Source: Eledone cirrhosa | Taxonomy: Eukaryota | Reading direction: 5' to 3' | Length of the DNA: 64,000 nt | NCBI GenBank assembly: GCA_964016885.1 | Contig: OZ024746.1 | Span: 99,014,001 to 99,078,000 of the forward strand | Notes under the pieces: model-generated | The model's database searches: none | Told to the model about the DNA's origin: nothing | Seen by the model: the letters and a program-made list of their open reading frames with translations, nothing else | Translations under genes and position numbers: made by a program | In this document: one piece after another, positions 1 to 14,410 of the stretch | Numbering within the stretch: position 1 is the first letter of the stretch | Layout: the number at the start of each line of letters is the position of its first letter

Positions 1-438
1 TTAAACCGGCTATATTTGGCCAGAATTCTCTCACCTCTTTCTGTTCAAACTGGCAACTCATACTGATGTTAAGGTATTGTTCTCAAAATAAATAATATCA
101 AAATCTCATAGATTCGATATTATGTGAGATAATTATGTGAGAAATCCTTTACCATGAAAATACAATAGTATATATAGAGTAATGTGAATGCTAAAAGTTT
201 AAGTTACTATCTTAGTAATGAAAAAATTAATAACTTTAGAAAATCTATCTCTGGTTCTCTGAAACACAACCACCTATTTTAAAGGTTTCTAATTTAAATT
301 AAAATCTTCCAACATAATTTTATTTGAGAATCTTTATATAAGAATCTTAGTAATGAAATAATTAATAATTTTAGTAAATCCCTCAAATGACTTAATTGAA
401 ATAGAGTGTATTTCATTAGAAATGTGGTCATGAAAGGG
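1..438. mobile_element. piggyBac-like MITE, left end outside the window
   Basis: Ends ...GAAAGGG followed by TTAA (439-442). Body is homologous, in inverted orientation, to the TTAA-flanked element at 3017-3222. Confidence 0.55.
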
Positions 439-574
439 TTAAGGGTTACTTTTTATAGGAAAACTTATCCAAAAACAAACAGCAGAACAAATACTGACAG
501 AGATATGTGATGTTCAAACAGTTCTGTCAATCCACAACTCTGCAGTAGTTGACTATTTCGTAGACCCTGGACGC

Positions 575-990
575 CATCATCGTCACCATTTAATGTCCAT
601 CTTTCCATGTTTGCATGGGTTAAACTGGTTGCCCACATTATTAGACAAGTCTAGCGAGCTGGCCGTGCCATACCTTGCTCAGATGGAATTGTATTTTGGC
701 TGGGGATTTTTACACCTGGATGCCATTCCTAACACCAACCACGTTTACAGTGTAGAACTGGGTGGTTCCATTATGAGGGAGGTCTGACCAGTTGACCACA
801 TGTCTTGCTCATCGTATGTGGAACTGGGTGGCACTGTTGTAAGGCAAGTCTGGCCAATTAGCCGCGCCATACCTTGCTCAGGTGGAACTGTATTTTGGCT
901 GGGATTTTTACAGCTGGATGCCCTTCATAACATCACCCACATTTACAGTGTGGAACTGGGTGGTCCTATTATGAGACAAGTCTGACCAGA
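575..990 (-). mobile_element. SINE-like repeat with (GAT)n tail, internally duplicated; family also at 3517-3900 (-) and 4950-5220 (+)
   Basis: Three dispersed copies share the CAGCTGGATGCCCTTCCTAACACCAACC core and the CATCATC...TTCCATGCTAGCATGGG tail. Confidence 0.65.
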
Positions 991-2022
991 AGGCTGTGCC
1001 ATGAAAAATAAAGTTGACCCTGTAAGATTTGAACTTAAGGCAGAGAGCCAGACCAAATACCACTAAGTTTTCTATCTGAACCTCTAACAATTAACCTTCA
1101 GCATGCTTTTTATGAGTTGCTTCCCTTGACACTGCATTATGTATTAAGGGAAGATTACTCTTGTCGCAATTTGTCCGTCAGCGCATTAAAGGTTAAAATA
1201 ATTCATCATCAATCATATTTGAGAAATTAGAGATACTGACTGAAATAAGGAATGAAATAACTGCAACTTGAAATAGAAACAAAGTTATATAGACACTTGC
1301 ACTGTTGGGTCTCGAATAATCGTCCCCCCACCCACCCATTTATTAATTTTTCAGATTTTTTCCTCCACCTCCACTTTTATTCCACCCCACCCTGCTTATT
1401 TAATTTTGCTTATTTATCTCCTGCAAAATTTTATTTTAATTTTCTCTATACATTAAAAAACATTATCATGATAAAAAAAGTACATTACTAGAAATCCCAT
1501 ATGGGATAAAATATGGGTTGGGGGTGTCAATATGTAAACTAAACGACTAATTCTGGTTTTTAAAAAAAATTAACAGAGACAACCTAGAAAAATTACCAAT
1601 TTTCCAACTTCCCCACTTATTCTAACTCCTCCACTTATTTCAACACCCACACTTATTCCACCTTCCTCCACTTATTCCAACCCTATTATTAGGGACCTCA
1701 GAACATGCTTCTGTCTCACTAGCTGTAGCAGCAAAATTACTAAAACCAAGTTTGTTTGCTGACTATTTTCTCAACGATCACAGCTTATTGTTATCAAGTT
1801 ATCATATTTATAACAAGATATATCAGGTCTGGTATTGACATTTTATGTTTCTTAATAGTTTTCTTTGTGACAGGAAAAATGATATCTCTTTCAAATTCTG
1901 TGAATTATACATTTCTGTTAAACTTTTCTAGGCCACCCAAAAACTATTTTATCTTTTCTGCCATATCAACTCAAAATTCCCATAAAATATCAATTTATTT
2001 ACAAGCTGAACAACATCTACAC

Positions 2023-2335
2023 CAGTGATTCCCAACGTGGGGCACACACTCCACAGGGGAACAATTTGAATATTTAAAAGGGCCATTTGAAAATGATGTA
2101 AATGAGAACAAACCTCAGGTTTTACTTTATTAATTTTACACCAAGGTAACTTTGGTGCACATTACTGTCAGAAACTCCTGTCTCACCGCTTCCACACATG
2201 TTATTGTGCATTTAGTACCACCTATACACCAATTTCTTTACACTTTGCAATTGATCATTGCTGTTTTCATGTCAAAGGGGGACATAACTTTTTAGATGAG
2301 GTGAGGCATGGTGCACAAAAGGTTGGGAACCTCTG
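2023..2335. mobile_element. hAT (Charlie/Buster-like) MITE
   Basis: TIRs CAGTGATTCCCAAC / GTTGGGAACCTCTG; 8-bp TSD ATCTACAC/ATCTACAG. Confidence 0.8.
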
Positions 2336-2518
2336 ATCTACAGTTTCTGAATTTGGTTGAACAGCAGCTAAATCTCCATCACATCACACTCTACTATTTT
2401 AAAAAACGGATAGGACATATTGGATAATGTAATCCTAAGACATACAATTCTTGAAATAAAAAAAATGAGATGGCCATGGATAGAATGCTTTTAAATAGAG
2501 ATAGGACTGCTCGATAAG

Positions 2519-2558
<40 letters not shown>

Positions 2559-3016
2559 GAAATAGAAAAAATGAGGAACTTCCATTTACATATAAAATAT
2601 GTTTGTGTATTGAACTGTTATGCACATTTCATTGAGAATTGGCTCAAGGTAACTAACTCATAGGAGTTATGGACCTAACTCCATTATCGATCTGCTCCTT
2701 AGACTGGTGATGAAAAAGTATGCATAAACATCAGCCCTATTTTTTTTTGTGTGGGTGCATGTGAGTATTGTGGGGTAATTGGTGGGGAAGCTATGCAGGT
2801 GTGTATTCAGATTTTCATGTGCTTCTGAGTATGTAAGGATTTGTGTGTGTGACGTATGTGTACGTGGGCACGTATTGGTATGTATTTGGACATTCAAAGA
2901 CTGGCTTTGGTGTAAACAGGAAACTGAGAGCGAGAGCGAGAGAGTGTGTGTGTGTGTGGGGGGGGATCTTAAAATATGAAAGAATGCATTGGACAATATA
3001 GTCTAAGATCCATTAA

Positions 3017-3222
3017 CCCTTTAGCATTTACATTACTCTATATTTACTATTGTATTCTCATGGTAAAGGCTTTACCTCACATAATTATCTCGCATAATAT
3101 CGAATCTATGCGATTGATATTTATTTTGAGAAAACTACATTAATATCAGTATGAGTGGCCAGTTTGAGCAGAGAGAGGTGAGAGAATTCTGGTCGGATAT
3201 GGCTGCTTTCAATGCTAAAGGG
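3017..3222. mobile_element. piggyBac-like MITE
   Basis: Perfect 12-bp TIR CCCTTTAGCATT/AATGCTAAAGGG, flanked by TTAA on both sides. Confidence 0.85.
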
Positions 3223-4493
3223 TTAAACTATCTTCTGGGTGGTTCGGAAGCAACAATTTTAAGTAAATCAAGATTCCCATGCGAATTGAAAGCTGTCAGC
3301 AAAGTAATTTATCGGAAAAGAATAGAGATTTTATTGTGATAGTTCAAGATAAATAAATATGAAAAAGAAAGATAAAAATCAAAATTTAGTAATGAGAAAA
3401 AAGTGAAGGGGTAAAGAAGGGCTGATCTGGCTGTATGGGAAAGTAGAGGAAAGGAGGGGAAATAAATGAGAGGAAAAGGAGGGGAAATACAAGGACTGTA
3501 GGACCAATATATTCACCATCATCATCACCGTTTTACACCCATTCTTCCAAGCTAGCATGGGTTAGGCGGATTGTCCTGTTGTGGGCCATTGCAGGTCAGG
3601 TGACCATGTCTGGCTCATATGGGAACTGATTTGTGGCTTGATTTCTACAGCTGGATGCCTTTCCTAACACCAACCTCATTTACAGTGAGTGCTGGGTGCT
3701 TTTTTACTGTGGCGCCTACACGTCCACTTTACAGTGTCGACTGGGTGCTTTTTTGTCGTGACACTCCCCACAATCACTTTGCAGTGGGAGTGGGGTGGGG
3801 GGCACATTGTCAATATGCTTCAGCTTGTATCCATGGGAAGTTGGGTCTTCTGTATTACTGCGTAACACCAAAGGTCTCGGTCCTATGCCATATTATATTC
3901 GAGAATAAAATGGTACTACGGTGATGGTCTGGAACATGCTAGATTAACTTTGCCCAACCGGAACTGAGCCTGGTGTACTTCAGGTTGGATAGGGGGGGGG
4001 GGGTGTTCATATACAAATAAGAATACACAGCAAACCCCAATTTTACATAGAGTCAGCAACAACAACAACAACAACAACAACGACAAATTCTCAACTTCAA
4101 TAGACAGGAGGAATTGAAAATTAAACAAAACAAGATATAAGTTGAGAAATGACTCAAGAATAGATACTATATGAACCTATGACATTGAGGGTCAAAAGTT
4201 AAGCACTTCTAACCAACTCCTCATTCTGTTTCAGTCTGTTTCTATGTGTGAAGTATTATACATTTGAAACTTGACTCATTTTGATCTTGATATTTCTTAC
4301 AGGCATTTTAAAGTTCCTCTTGGCCTCTTAATGAATGATGTAGATTAAATAGTGATATAATGTTGAACGGCTTATAATTATGTACAATTATGTAAGTTGT
4401 TTCTTAAGAGACACTTGAGTGAAATCATTGAGATAACATCAACTATGGAATAGCAAGCAGTAAACTATTTTATTATTTATATACTTTACTTAG

Positions 4494-4830
4494 GGCGGTA
4501 GTTTGGCAGTATCAGTAGAGGGTCGGACGCCATGATTGTCAGCATAGAGTTACGGCCCGTTACGATCTGAGCTCAAATCCCGCCGAGGTTAACTTTGCCT
4601 TTCATCCTTACGGGGGTCGATAAAATAAAATACCAGTAATACACTGGTTATTGCTGGCCTTGTGCCAAAAGTAGAAACAATTATTTATATAGTTCAAAAG
4701 AGCAGTTGGACAACATGCTTCGCAGCATAGAGTTACGGCCCTTTACATTTGAATTCAAATCCCACCAAGGTTAGCGTGGTCTTGGGGTTGATAAAATAAA
4801 GTATCAGTAACACACTGGGGTTGATAAAAG
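4494..4830 (+). mobile_element. Two tandem tRNA-derived Nin/Deu-domain-type SINEs (dominant family in the window)
   Basis: Pol III A box (TGGCAGTATC) and B box (G(T/C)TCAAATC), followed by GCCTTTCATCCTTACGGGGTCGATAAAATAAAGTACCAG. Further copies at about 17095, 17990, 18770, 19060, 26025, 26205, 26347, 31000, 32495, 41385, 42115, 50218, 51650, 56080, 60517 and 60915. Confidence 0.85.
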
Positions 4831-5410
4831 TGCCGCCTCCATTATACAGTGGTGGCCATAACTGGACTCTGAAACCATTGATAGCTCATACATGGTAAGT
4901 ATATGAAACTGTTTACACTATATATATATATATATATATATAAGTTATGTTGGTACCACAACATCCAGTCCTAAACAAATGAGGTTGTGTAGGTGACACG
5001 ACAAAACAGTCCACGCTGTAATGTGGCCGTGTAGGTAACATGGTAAAAACCTCCCAGTCCATACTGTAAATATGGTTGGTGTTAGGAAGGGCATCCAGCC
5101 GTAGAAAACCTGCCAGATAGTCCTACACGAGTGAGACAACCAATCTTGCTTCAAGTGGGACACTTCCCGTCTAAACTCATGCCTGCGTGGAAGATGGATG
5201 TTAAACGATGATGATGATATATCGCGTGCGTGCGTGCGTACAATTTTCAATTTGTCAAGCTATTTAAACGTATGTTATTACTCTAAGGACCTACCCTTAT
5301 TGAGTGCTTTGCTACTCATTCCTAATTCTAGGTCGACTTTGCTTGGCCACAGCCAAAGCTTCGATGTTACTAAGCTTCCACTTGTATATATATATAAAAT
5401 TGAAATTCCC

Positions 5411-5444
<34 letters not shown>

Positions 5445-5448
<4 letters not shown>

Positions 5449-6266
5449 GAAACACACAGATACATGCGGACACACACATATATACATGAATGCATCCGCA
5501 CCCAACTGTGAGTTAAGGGTGCCAACTTCACCGATGTTGCTCAATGAATGACTGGGACAGACCAATTCAGTTTGAACCAGACTGAACCAGTATCAGAGTT
5601 AAAAATACATTATGAAGAGAGAAGAAACATTTAGATATAATTAGTAATAAAATGTATCATACCTAAACTGCTCCTAAATTCCTCGACTACGTAGTTTCGT
5701 GGCATAAACAAAAACAATATATCAAAGATATAGAGTCCTTGCGAGGTCTGCCAACTTATCAAGAGGATACCTCATTTTACTAGTCTCAAGAACGCGTCTA
5801 CACGACGTGAGAAAGAATCCCAAAAGGCGGAGGGGGAGATAGTCACGCGATATAACGGTCGAGAAACAGAGCTAAGCCTCTTATAACCACGAAGAAAATA
5901 CCACGGAGGCGGAGGGGGTATTCATATCGAGGCCGTAGAAGAGGTAGTGAAGAAGGCGAGAAGTATGAGTAATGGAAGCTTTCCAGTTGTCCCCACACTT
6001 CAAAGATTGCTCGACCAGAGGGAGTTATTAATATATTTAGAAACACACAGATACATGCGGACACACACATATATACATGAATGCATCCGCACCCAACTGT
6101 GAGTTAAGGGTGCCAACTTCACCGATGTTGCTCAATGAATGACTGGGACAGACCAATTCAGTTTGAACCAGACTGAACCAGTATCAGAGTTAAAAATACA
6201 TTATGAAGAGAGAAGAAACATTTAGATATAATTAGTAATAAAATGTATCATACCTAAACTGCTCCT
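5445..6266 (-). mobile_element. Non-autonomous PLE/retrozyme-like element with 231-bp direct repeats, inserted in (TA)n
   Basis: 5445-5675 matches 6036-6266 (591-bp period). (TA)n lies on both sides and a hammerhead motif sits at 5679-5768. Confidence 0.75.
5679..5768 (-). ncRNA. Type I hammerhead ribozyme, U3-A8 core variant
   Basis: Minus strand reads TCCTC-TTGATAA-GTTGGCA..TGCCAC-GAAA-CTACGTAG-TC-GAGGA. All three stems pair and the cleavage triplet is GUC. Confidence 0.7.
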
Positions 6267-6574
6267 ATATATATATATATATATATTAGTTAGTATTAGC
6301 CATAAACCCGTTTGCTCACAATTACTCACTCAATCAGATATGGTGTGAATGTGTCAAGCAAAACTTGTCTCCGAGTGCTAATAAAGTGAATATTAGTAAT
6401 GTGGCATTTACACTTGTACGCCTGGACACAGGGTTTCTGCTAAAGTAGCAAGCTTTGAAAAGGGCAATTGGCAATTTCATGAATACTGTAGTTGCATGAT
6501 GCAAGCCATATTCTGCATTATAGTGATCAGCAGACCTTGTAATTATGGAGTGAGAAAAGTCATAGGCCCCACTC

Positions 6575-6632
<58 letters not shown>

Positions 6633-6756
6633 CGAAGAAAGTGTGGTAAGGAACCAGGTGGACCATAAAGCACCAGAGTATTCGATACTTAGGGTACTGT
6701 TCGGATCTAGCTGTTGAAACGGCAGGAGCTCAACCGTCAGGATTCTGACTCTTTCC

Positions 6757-6817
<61 letters not shown>

Positions 6818-7179
6818 ATACATACATACATACATACAAAGTGTTAAAACAATCAAATTTTAGTTTAGTACATTTATTTGCTGACAATTGTTTCTTCCAG
6901 AGGGAAGTCTGGGATCTTCGGAGCATAGGGAATGTCGAAACATGTGACTAAAATCCTAGTCATTCAGAACATTTAGGGTACATAATTGTTTTTAGTGTGA
7001 AAGGCATGTGGAGAGTCAGGAGTTAAAAGGATGTTCTGCTTGAAAGAACACAATTTCAGGCAGCACTGGTTGGAAGTGTAAGAGGTATAAGTAAAAAGTA
7101 CAGGCAAAAAGGTTATAAGCAAGGAAAAGTGGTGTACAATTCAGGAGTCAATACATATATATACATATATATATATATG

Positions 7180-7561
7180 CAGAAGTTATATTTAATTTGT
7201 TAGGATTCAACAAGCTTAAAAGTTTCATAACTGATATAAAGCACTCAACAGTTTACTGGAGTAAATATTCAATATATTAATAAATGGAAACTATATTTAT
7301 AAAACCATAATTATTTTATTAGATATATTTCAAGGGTAACTAAGGCAGTTTTGGTGCGCTTTCATCAAATAAAATACAAAATTTGTTTTATAAATGTTGA
7401 CATACCCGTAGAAAAACACCCTCGACGGTTGAAGGTTCGCTGGACTATACAGCGAACCTTCAACCTTCAACTATCTGATGAAAGCGCACCAAAACTGCCT
7501 TGAAATATATCTCATAAAATAATTATGGTTTTATAAATATAGTTTCCATTTATTAATATAT

Positions 7562-7565
<4 letters not shown>
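7180..7565. mobile_element. Fold-back PLE pseudo-LTR-like element with hammerhead motifs on both arms
   Basis: Inverted arms surround the hairpin GGTTGAAGGTTCGCTG/CAGCGAACCTTCAACC. HHR cores lie at 7312-7376 (-) and 7472-7521 (+). Flanked by (TA)n. Confidence 0.7.
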
Positions 7566-7599
<34 letters not shown>

Positions 7600-7644
7600 C
7601 ATACATACACACAGTGAACCCCCACGATTCGTGGTCCCAGTTAT

Positions 7645-7815
7645 GTGCCAGGGAAGTGTATCACAGATGCTCTTTACATAGAGTGACAACTACAAATGAA
7701 GTTTGTAAACATGTGTAAGACACTGTATCTAGCTTTCATTGATCTAGAGAAGGCCATCTGGTGGTCATTAAGGAAATTATGGGTAGAGGGATAGCTTGTT
7801 AAAGCAGTGCATGGC
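7645..7815 (+). mobile_element. RTE-clade LINE reverse transcriptase fragment (decayed)
   Basis: Translates to PGKCITDALYI...LYLAFIDLEKAIWWSLRKL with stops. Confidence 0.7.
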
Positions 7816-7819
7816 ATTA

Positions 7820-7945
7820 TATTATGTATCTGTAGAATTGATATTATGTATCTGTAGAATTGATATTATGTATCTGTAGAATTGATATTATGTATCTGTA
7901 GAATTGATATTATGTATCTGTAGAATTATTATGTATCTGTAGAAA
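7820..7945. repeat. 22-bp tandem repeat ATTATGTATCTGTAGAATTGAT
   Basis: About 5.5 copies are directly visible. Confidence 0.9.
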
Positions 7946-8085
7946 AAGAATACCTCAAAAAATTTACATCGTTATTGACCTTATTCATTATCAATATGTC
8001 ACTAAGTATGAAATGTCTGATTTCGAATTGGAAATATGAGAGAGGGGGGGGGGACAGAGACAGAACAGAGAGTGAGAGAGAACGG

Positions 8086-8135
<50 letters not shown>

Positions 8136-8319
8136 TGAGTGTGCGTGTGTTGCTTAAGTTATCAAGGCATAACCATCAACATATTACAGATAGAAAGAAT
8201 GTATGTATTTCATTTTCCTTTTGTACAATTAAATCAGTAACACTCACATACCCCAGGTCCAAACACAGGAACCAAACTCCCACTGTCACTGCCTCCGTCT
8301 CGCCTACCCTCCCCATCAC

Positions 8320-8413
8320 ACATACACATATATAGTATATATAGTATATATACATACATATATATATAGACATATATATATATATATAGTTTATATACAT
8401 ACATATATATATA

Positions 8414-8450
<37 letters not shown>

Positions 8451-11400
8451 TATATACATATATATATATAGACATATATAGTATATATACATACATATAT
8501 ATATATAGACATATATATATATATATAGTATATATACATATATATAGACATATATATATATATAGTATATATACATACATATATATATAGACATATATAT
8601 ATATATATATATAGTATATATACATACATATATATATAGACATATATATATATATAGTATATATACATACATATATATATAGACATATATATATATATAG
8701 TATATATACATACATATATATATAGACATATATATATATATAGTATATATACATACATATATATATAGACATATATATATATATAGTATATATACATACA
8801 TATATATATAGACATATATATATATATAGTATATATACATACATATATATATAGACATATATATATATATAGTATATATACATACATATATATATAGACA
8901 TATATATATATATAGTATATATACATACATATATATATAGACATATATATATATATAGTATATATACATACATATATATATAGACATATATATATATATA
9001 GTATATATACATATATATATATATAGACATATATATATATATAGTATATATACATATATATATATAGACATATATATATATATAGTATATATACATATAT
9101 ATATATAGACATATATATATATATAGTATATATACATACATATATATAGACATATATATATATAGTATATATACATATATATATATATATAGATTTTCCT
9201 ATAACTTTATGTAAATTATGTAAACTATATATATATGTGTTTGTGTCTATATTGTATCTGTATTATTTTTGACCGCCGGTCAGTCAATGGCAACATTGAG
9301 GACCGAGTAAGTTAGATCGCAGATATATATATATATAAAAGACAGCGAGAAGCGAAAAACAACCAAACAGTGAGTGTGTTCTGTTATTAATTCTGGCAAT
9401 ATTACGCAAATATGACCCTCCCCAAATATAACAATATATATACATAGACATATATATAGTATATATAGACATATATATATAGTATATATAGACATATATA
9501 TAGTATATATAGACATATATATAGTATATATAGACATATATATAGTATATATAGACATATATATAGTATATATAGACATATATATAGTATATATAGACAT
9601 ATATATAGTATATATAGACATATATATAGTATATATAGACATATATATAGTATATATAGACATATATATAGTATATATAGACATATATATAGTATATATA
9701 GACATATATATAGTATATATAGACATATATATAGTATATATAGACATATATATAGTATATATAGACATATATATAGTATATATAGACATATATATAGTAT
9801 ATATAGACATATATATAGTATATATAGACATATATATAGTATATATAGACATATATATAGTATATATAGACATATATATAGTATATATAGACATATATAT
9901 AGTATATATAGACATATATATAGTATATATAGACATATATATAGTATATATAGACATATATATAGTATATATAGACATATATATAGTATATATAGACATA
10001 TATATAGTATATATAGACATATATATAGTATATATAGACATATATATAGTATATATAGACATATATATAGTATATATAGACATATATATAGTATATATAG
10101 ACATATATATAGTATATATAGACATATATATAGTATATATAGACATATATATAGTATATATAGACATATATATAGTATATATAGACATATATATAGTATA
10201 TATAGACATATATATAGTATATATAGACATATATATAGTATATATAGACATATATATAGTATATATAGACATATATATATACATATACATATACATAGTA
10301 TATATACATATACATATACATAGTATATATACATATACATATATAGTATATATACATATACATATATAGTATATATACATATACATATATAGTATATATA
10401 CATATACATATATAGTATATATACATATACATATATATAGTATATATACATATACATATATATAGTATATATACATATACATATATATAGTATATATACA
10501 TATACATATATATAGTATATATACATATACATATATATAGTATATATACATATACATATATATAGTATATATACATATACATATATATAGTATATATACA
10601 TATACATATATATAGTATATATACATATACATATATATAGTATATATACATATACATATACATAGTATATATACATATACATATATATAGTATATATACA
10701 TATACATATATATAGTATATATACATATACATATATATAGTATATATACATATACATATATATAGTATATATACATATACATATATATAGTATATATACA
10801 TATACATATATATAGTATATATACATATACATATATATAGTATATATACATATACATATATATAGTATATATACATATACATATATATAGTATATATACA
10901 TATACATATATATAGTATATATACATATACATATATATAGTATATATACATATACATATATATAGTATATATACATATACATATATATAGTATATATACA
11001 TATACATATATATACATATACACATATACATATATATACATATACACATATACATATATATACATATACACATATATATACATATACATAGTATATATAC
11101 ATATACATATACATAGTATATATACATATACATATACATAGTATATATACATATACATATACATAGTATATATACATATACATATACATAGTATATATAC
11201 ATATACATATACATAGTATATATACATATACATATACATAGTATATATACATATACATATACATAGTATATATACATATACATATACATAGTATATATAC
11301 ATATACATATACATAGTATATATACATATACATATACATAGTATATATACATATACATAGTATATATACATATACATATACATAGTATATATACATATAC

Positions 11401-12185
11401 ATAGTATATATACATATACATATACATAGTATATATACATATACATAGTATATATACATATACATAGTATATATACATATACATATACATAGTATATATA
11501 CATATACATATACATAGTATATATACATATACATATACATAGTATATATACATATACATATATATAGTATATATACATATACATATATATAGTATATATA
11601 CATATACATATATATAGTATATATACATATACATATATATAGTATATATACATATACATAGTATATATACATATACATATATATAGTATATATACATATA
11701 CATATATATAGTATATATACATATACATATATATAGTATATATACATATACATATATATAGTATATATACATATATATAGTATATATACATATACATATA
11801 TATAGTATATATACATATACATATATATAGTATATATACATATACATATATATAGTATATATACATATACATATATATAGTATATATACATATACATATA
11901 TATAGTATATATACATATACATATATATAGTATATATACATATACATATATATAGTATATATACATATACATATATATAGTATATATACATATACATATA
12001 TATAGTATATATACATATACATATATATAGTATATATACATATACATATATATAGTATATATACATATACATATATATAGTATATATACATATATATATA
12101 TATAGTATATATACATATATATATACATATACATATATATATACATATACAGTATATATACATATATATATACATATACATATAT

Positions 12186-12236
<51 letters not shown>

Positions 12237-14410
12237 GTATATATACATATACATAGTATATATACATATACATAGTATATATACATATACATAGTATATA
12301 TACATATACATAGTATATATACATATACATAGTATATATACATATACATAGTATATATACATATACATAGTATATATACATATACATAGTATATATACAT
12401 ATACATAGTATATATACATAGTATATATACATAGTATATATACATAGTATATATACATAGTATATATACATAGTATATATACATATACATAGTATATATA
12501 CATATACATAGTATATATACATATACATAGTATATATACATATACATAGTATATATGCATATACATAGTATATATACATATACATAGTATATATGCATAT
12601 ACATAGTATATATGCATATACATAGTATATATGCATATACATAGTATATATGCATATACATAGTATATATGCATATACATAGTATATATGCATATACATA
12701 GTATATATGCATATACATAGTATATATACATATACATAGTATATATACATAGTATATATACATAGTATATATACATAGTATATATACATAGTATATATAC
12801 ATAGTATATATACATATACATAGTATATATACATATACATAGTATATATACATATACATAGTATATATACATAGTATATATACATAGTATATATACATAG
12901 TATATATACATAGTATATATACATATACATAGTATATATACATATACATAGTATATATACATATACATAGTATATATACATATACATAGTATATATACAT
13001 ATACATAGTATATATACATATACATATTATATATACATATACATAGTATATATACATATACATATTATATATACATATACATATTATATATACATATACA
13101 TAGTATATATACATATACATATATATAGTATATATACATATACATATATATAGTATATATACATATACATATATATAGTATATATACATATACATATATA
13201 TAGTATATATACATATACATATATATAGTATATATACATATACATATATATAGTATATATACATATACATATATATAGTATATATACATATACATATATA
13301 TAGTATATATACATATACATATATATAGTATATATACATATACATATATATAGTATATATACATATACATATATATAGTATATATACATATATATAGTAT
13401 ATATACATATATATAGTATATATACATATATATAGTATATATACATATACATATATATAGTATATATACATATACATATATATAGTATATATACATATAT
13501 ATAGTATATATACATATATATAGTATATATACATATACATATATATAGTATATATACATATATATAGTATATATACATATATATAGTATATATACATATA
13601 TATAGTATATATACATATACATATATATAGTATATATACATATATATAGTATATATACATATACATATACATAGTATATATACATATACATATATATAGT
13701 ATATATACATATACATATATATAGTATATATACATATACATATATATAGTATATATACATATACATATATATAGTATATATACATATACATAGTATATAT
13801 ACATATACATAGTATATATACATATATATAGTATATATACATATACATATATATAGTATATATACATATACATATATATAGTATATATACATATACATAT
13901 ATATAGTATATATACATATACATATATATAGTACATATACATATATATAGTATATATACATATACATATATATAGTATATATACATATACATATATATAG
14001 TATATATACATATATATATATAGTATATATACATATATATATATAGTATATATACATATATATATATAGTATATATACATATATATATATAGTATATATA
14101 CATATATATATATAGTATATATACATATAGTATATATAGTATATATACATATATATATATAGTATATATACATATAGTATATATAGTATATATACATATA
14201 TATATATAGTATATATACATATAGTATATATACATATAGTATATATAGTATATATACATATAGTATATATAGTATATATACATATAGTATATATAGTATA
14301 TATACATATAGTATATATAGTATATATACATATAGTATATATAGTATATATACATATAGTATATATAGTATATATACATATAGTATATATAGTATATAGA
14401 CATATAGTAT
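8320..14410. repeat. ~6-kb (TA)-derived compound satellite with units of ~13-35 bp, interrupted at 9190-9435
   Basis: Examples are the 21-bp TAGTATATATAGACATATATA block (~9450-10270) and 25-bp TAGTATATATACATATACATATATA blocks. This array explains the long minus-strand Y/I/V/M/C ORFs. Confidence 0.97.
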
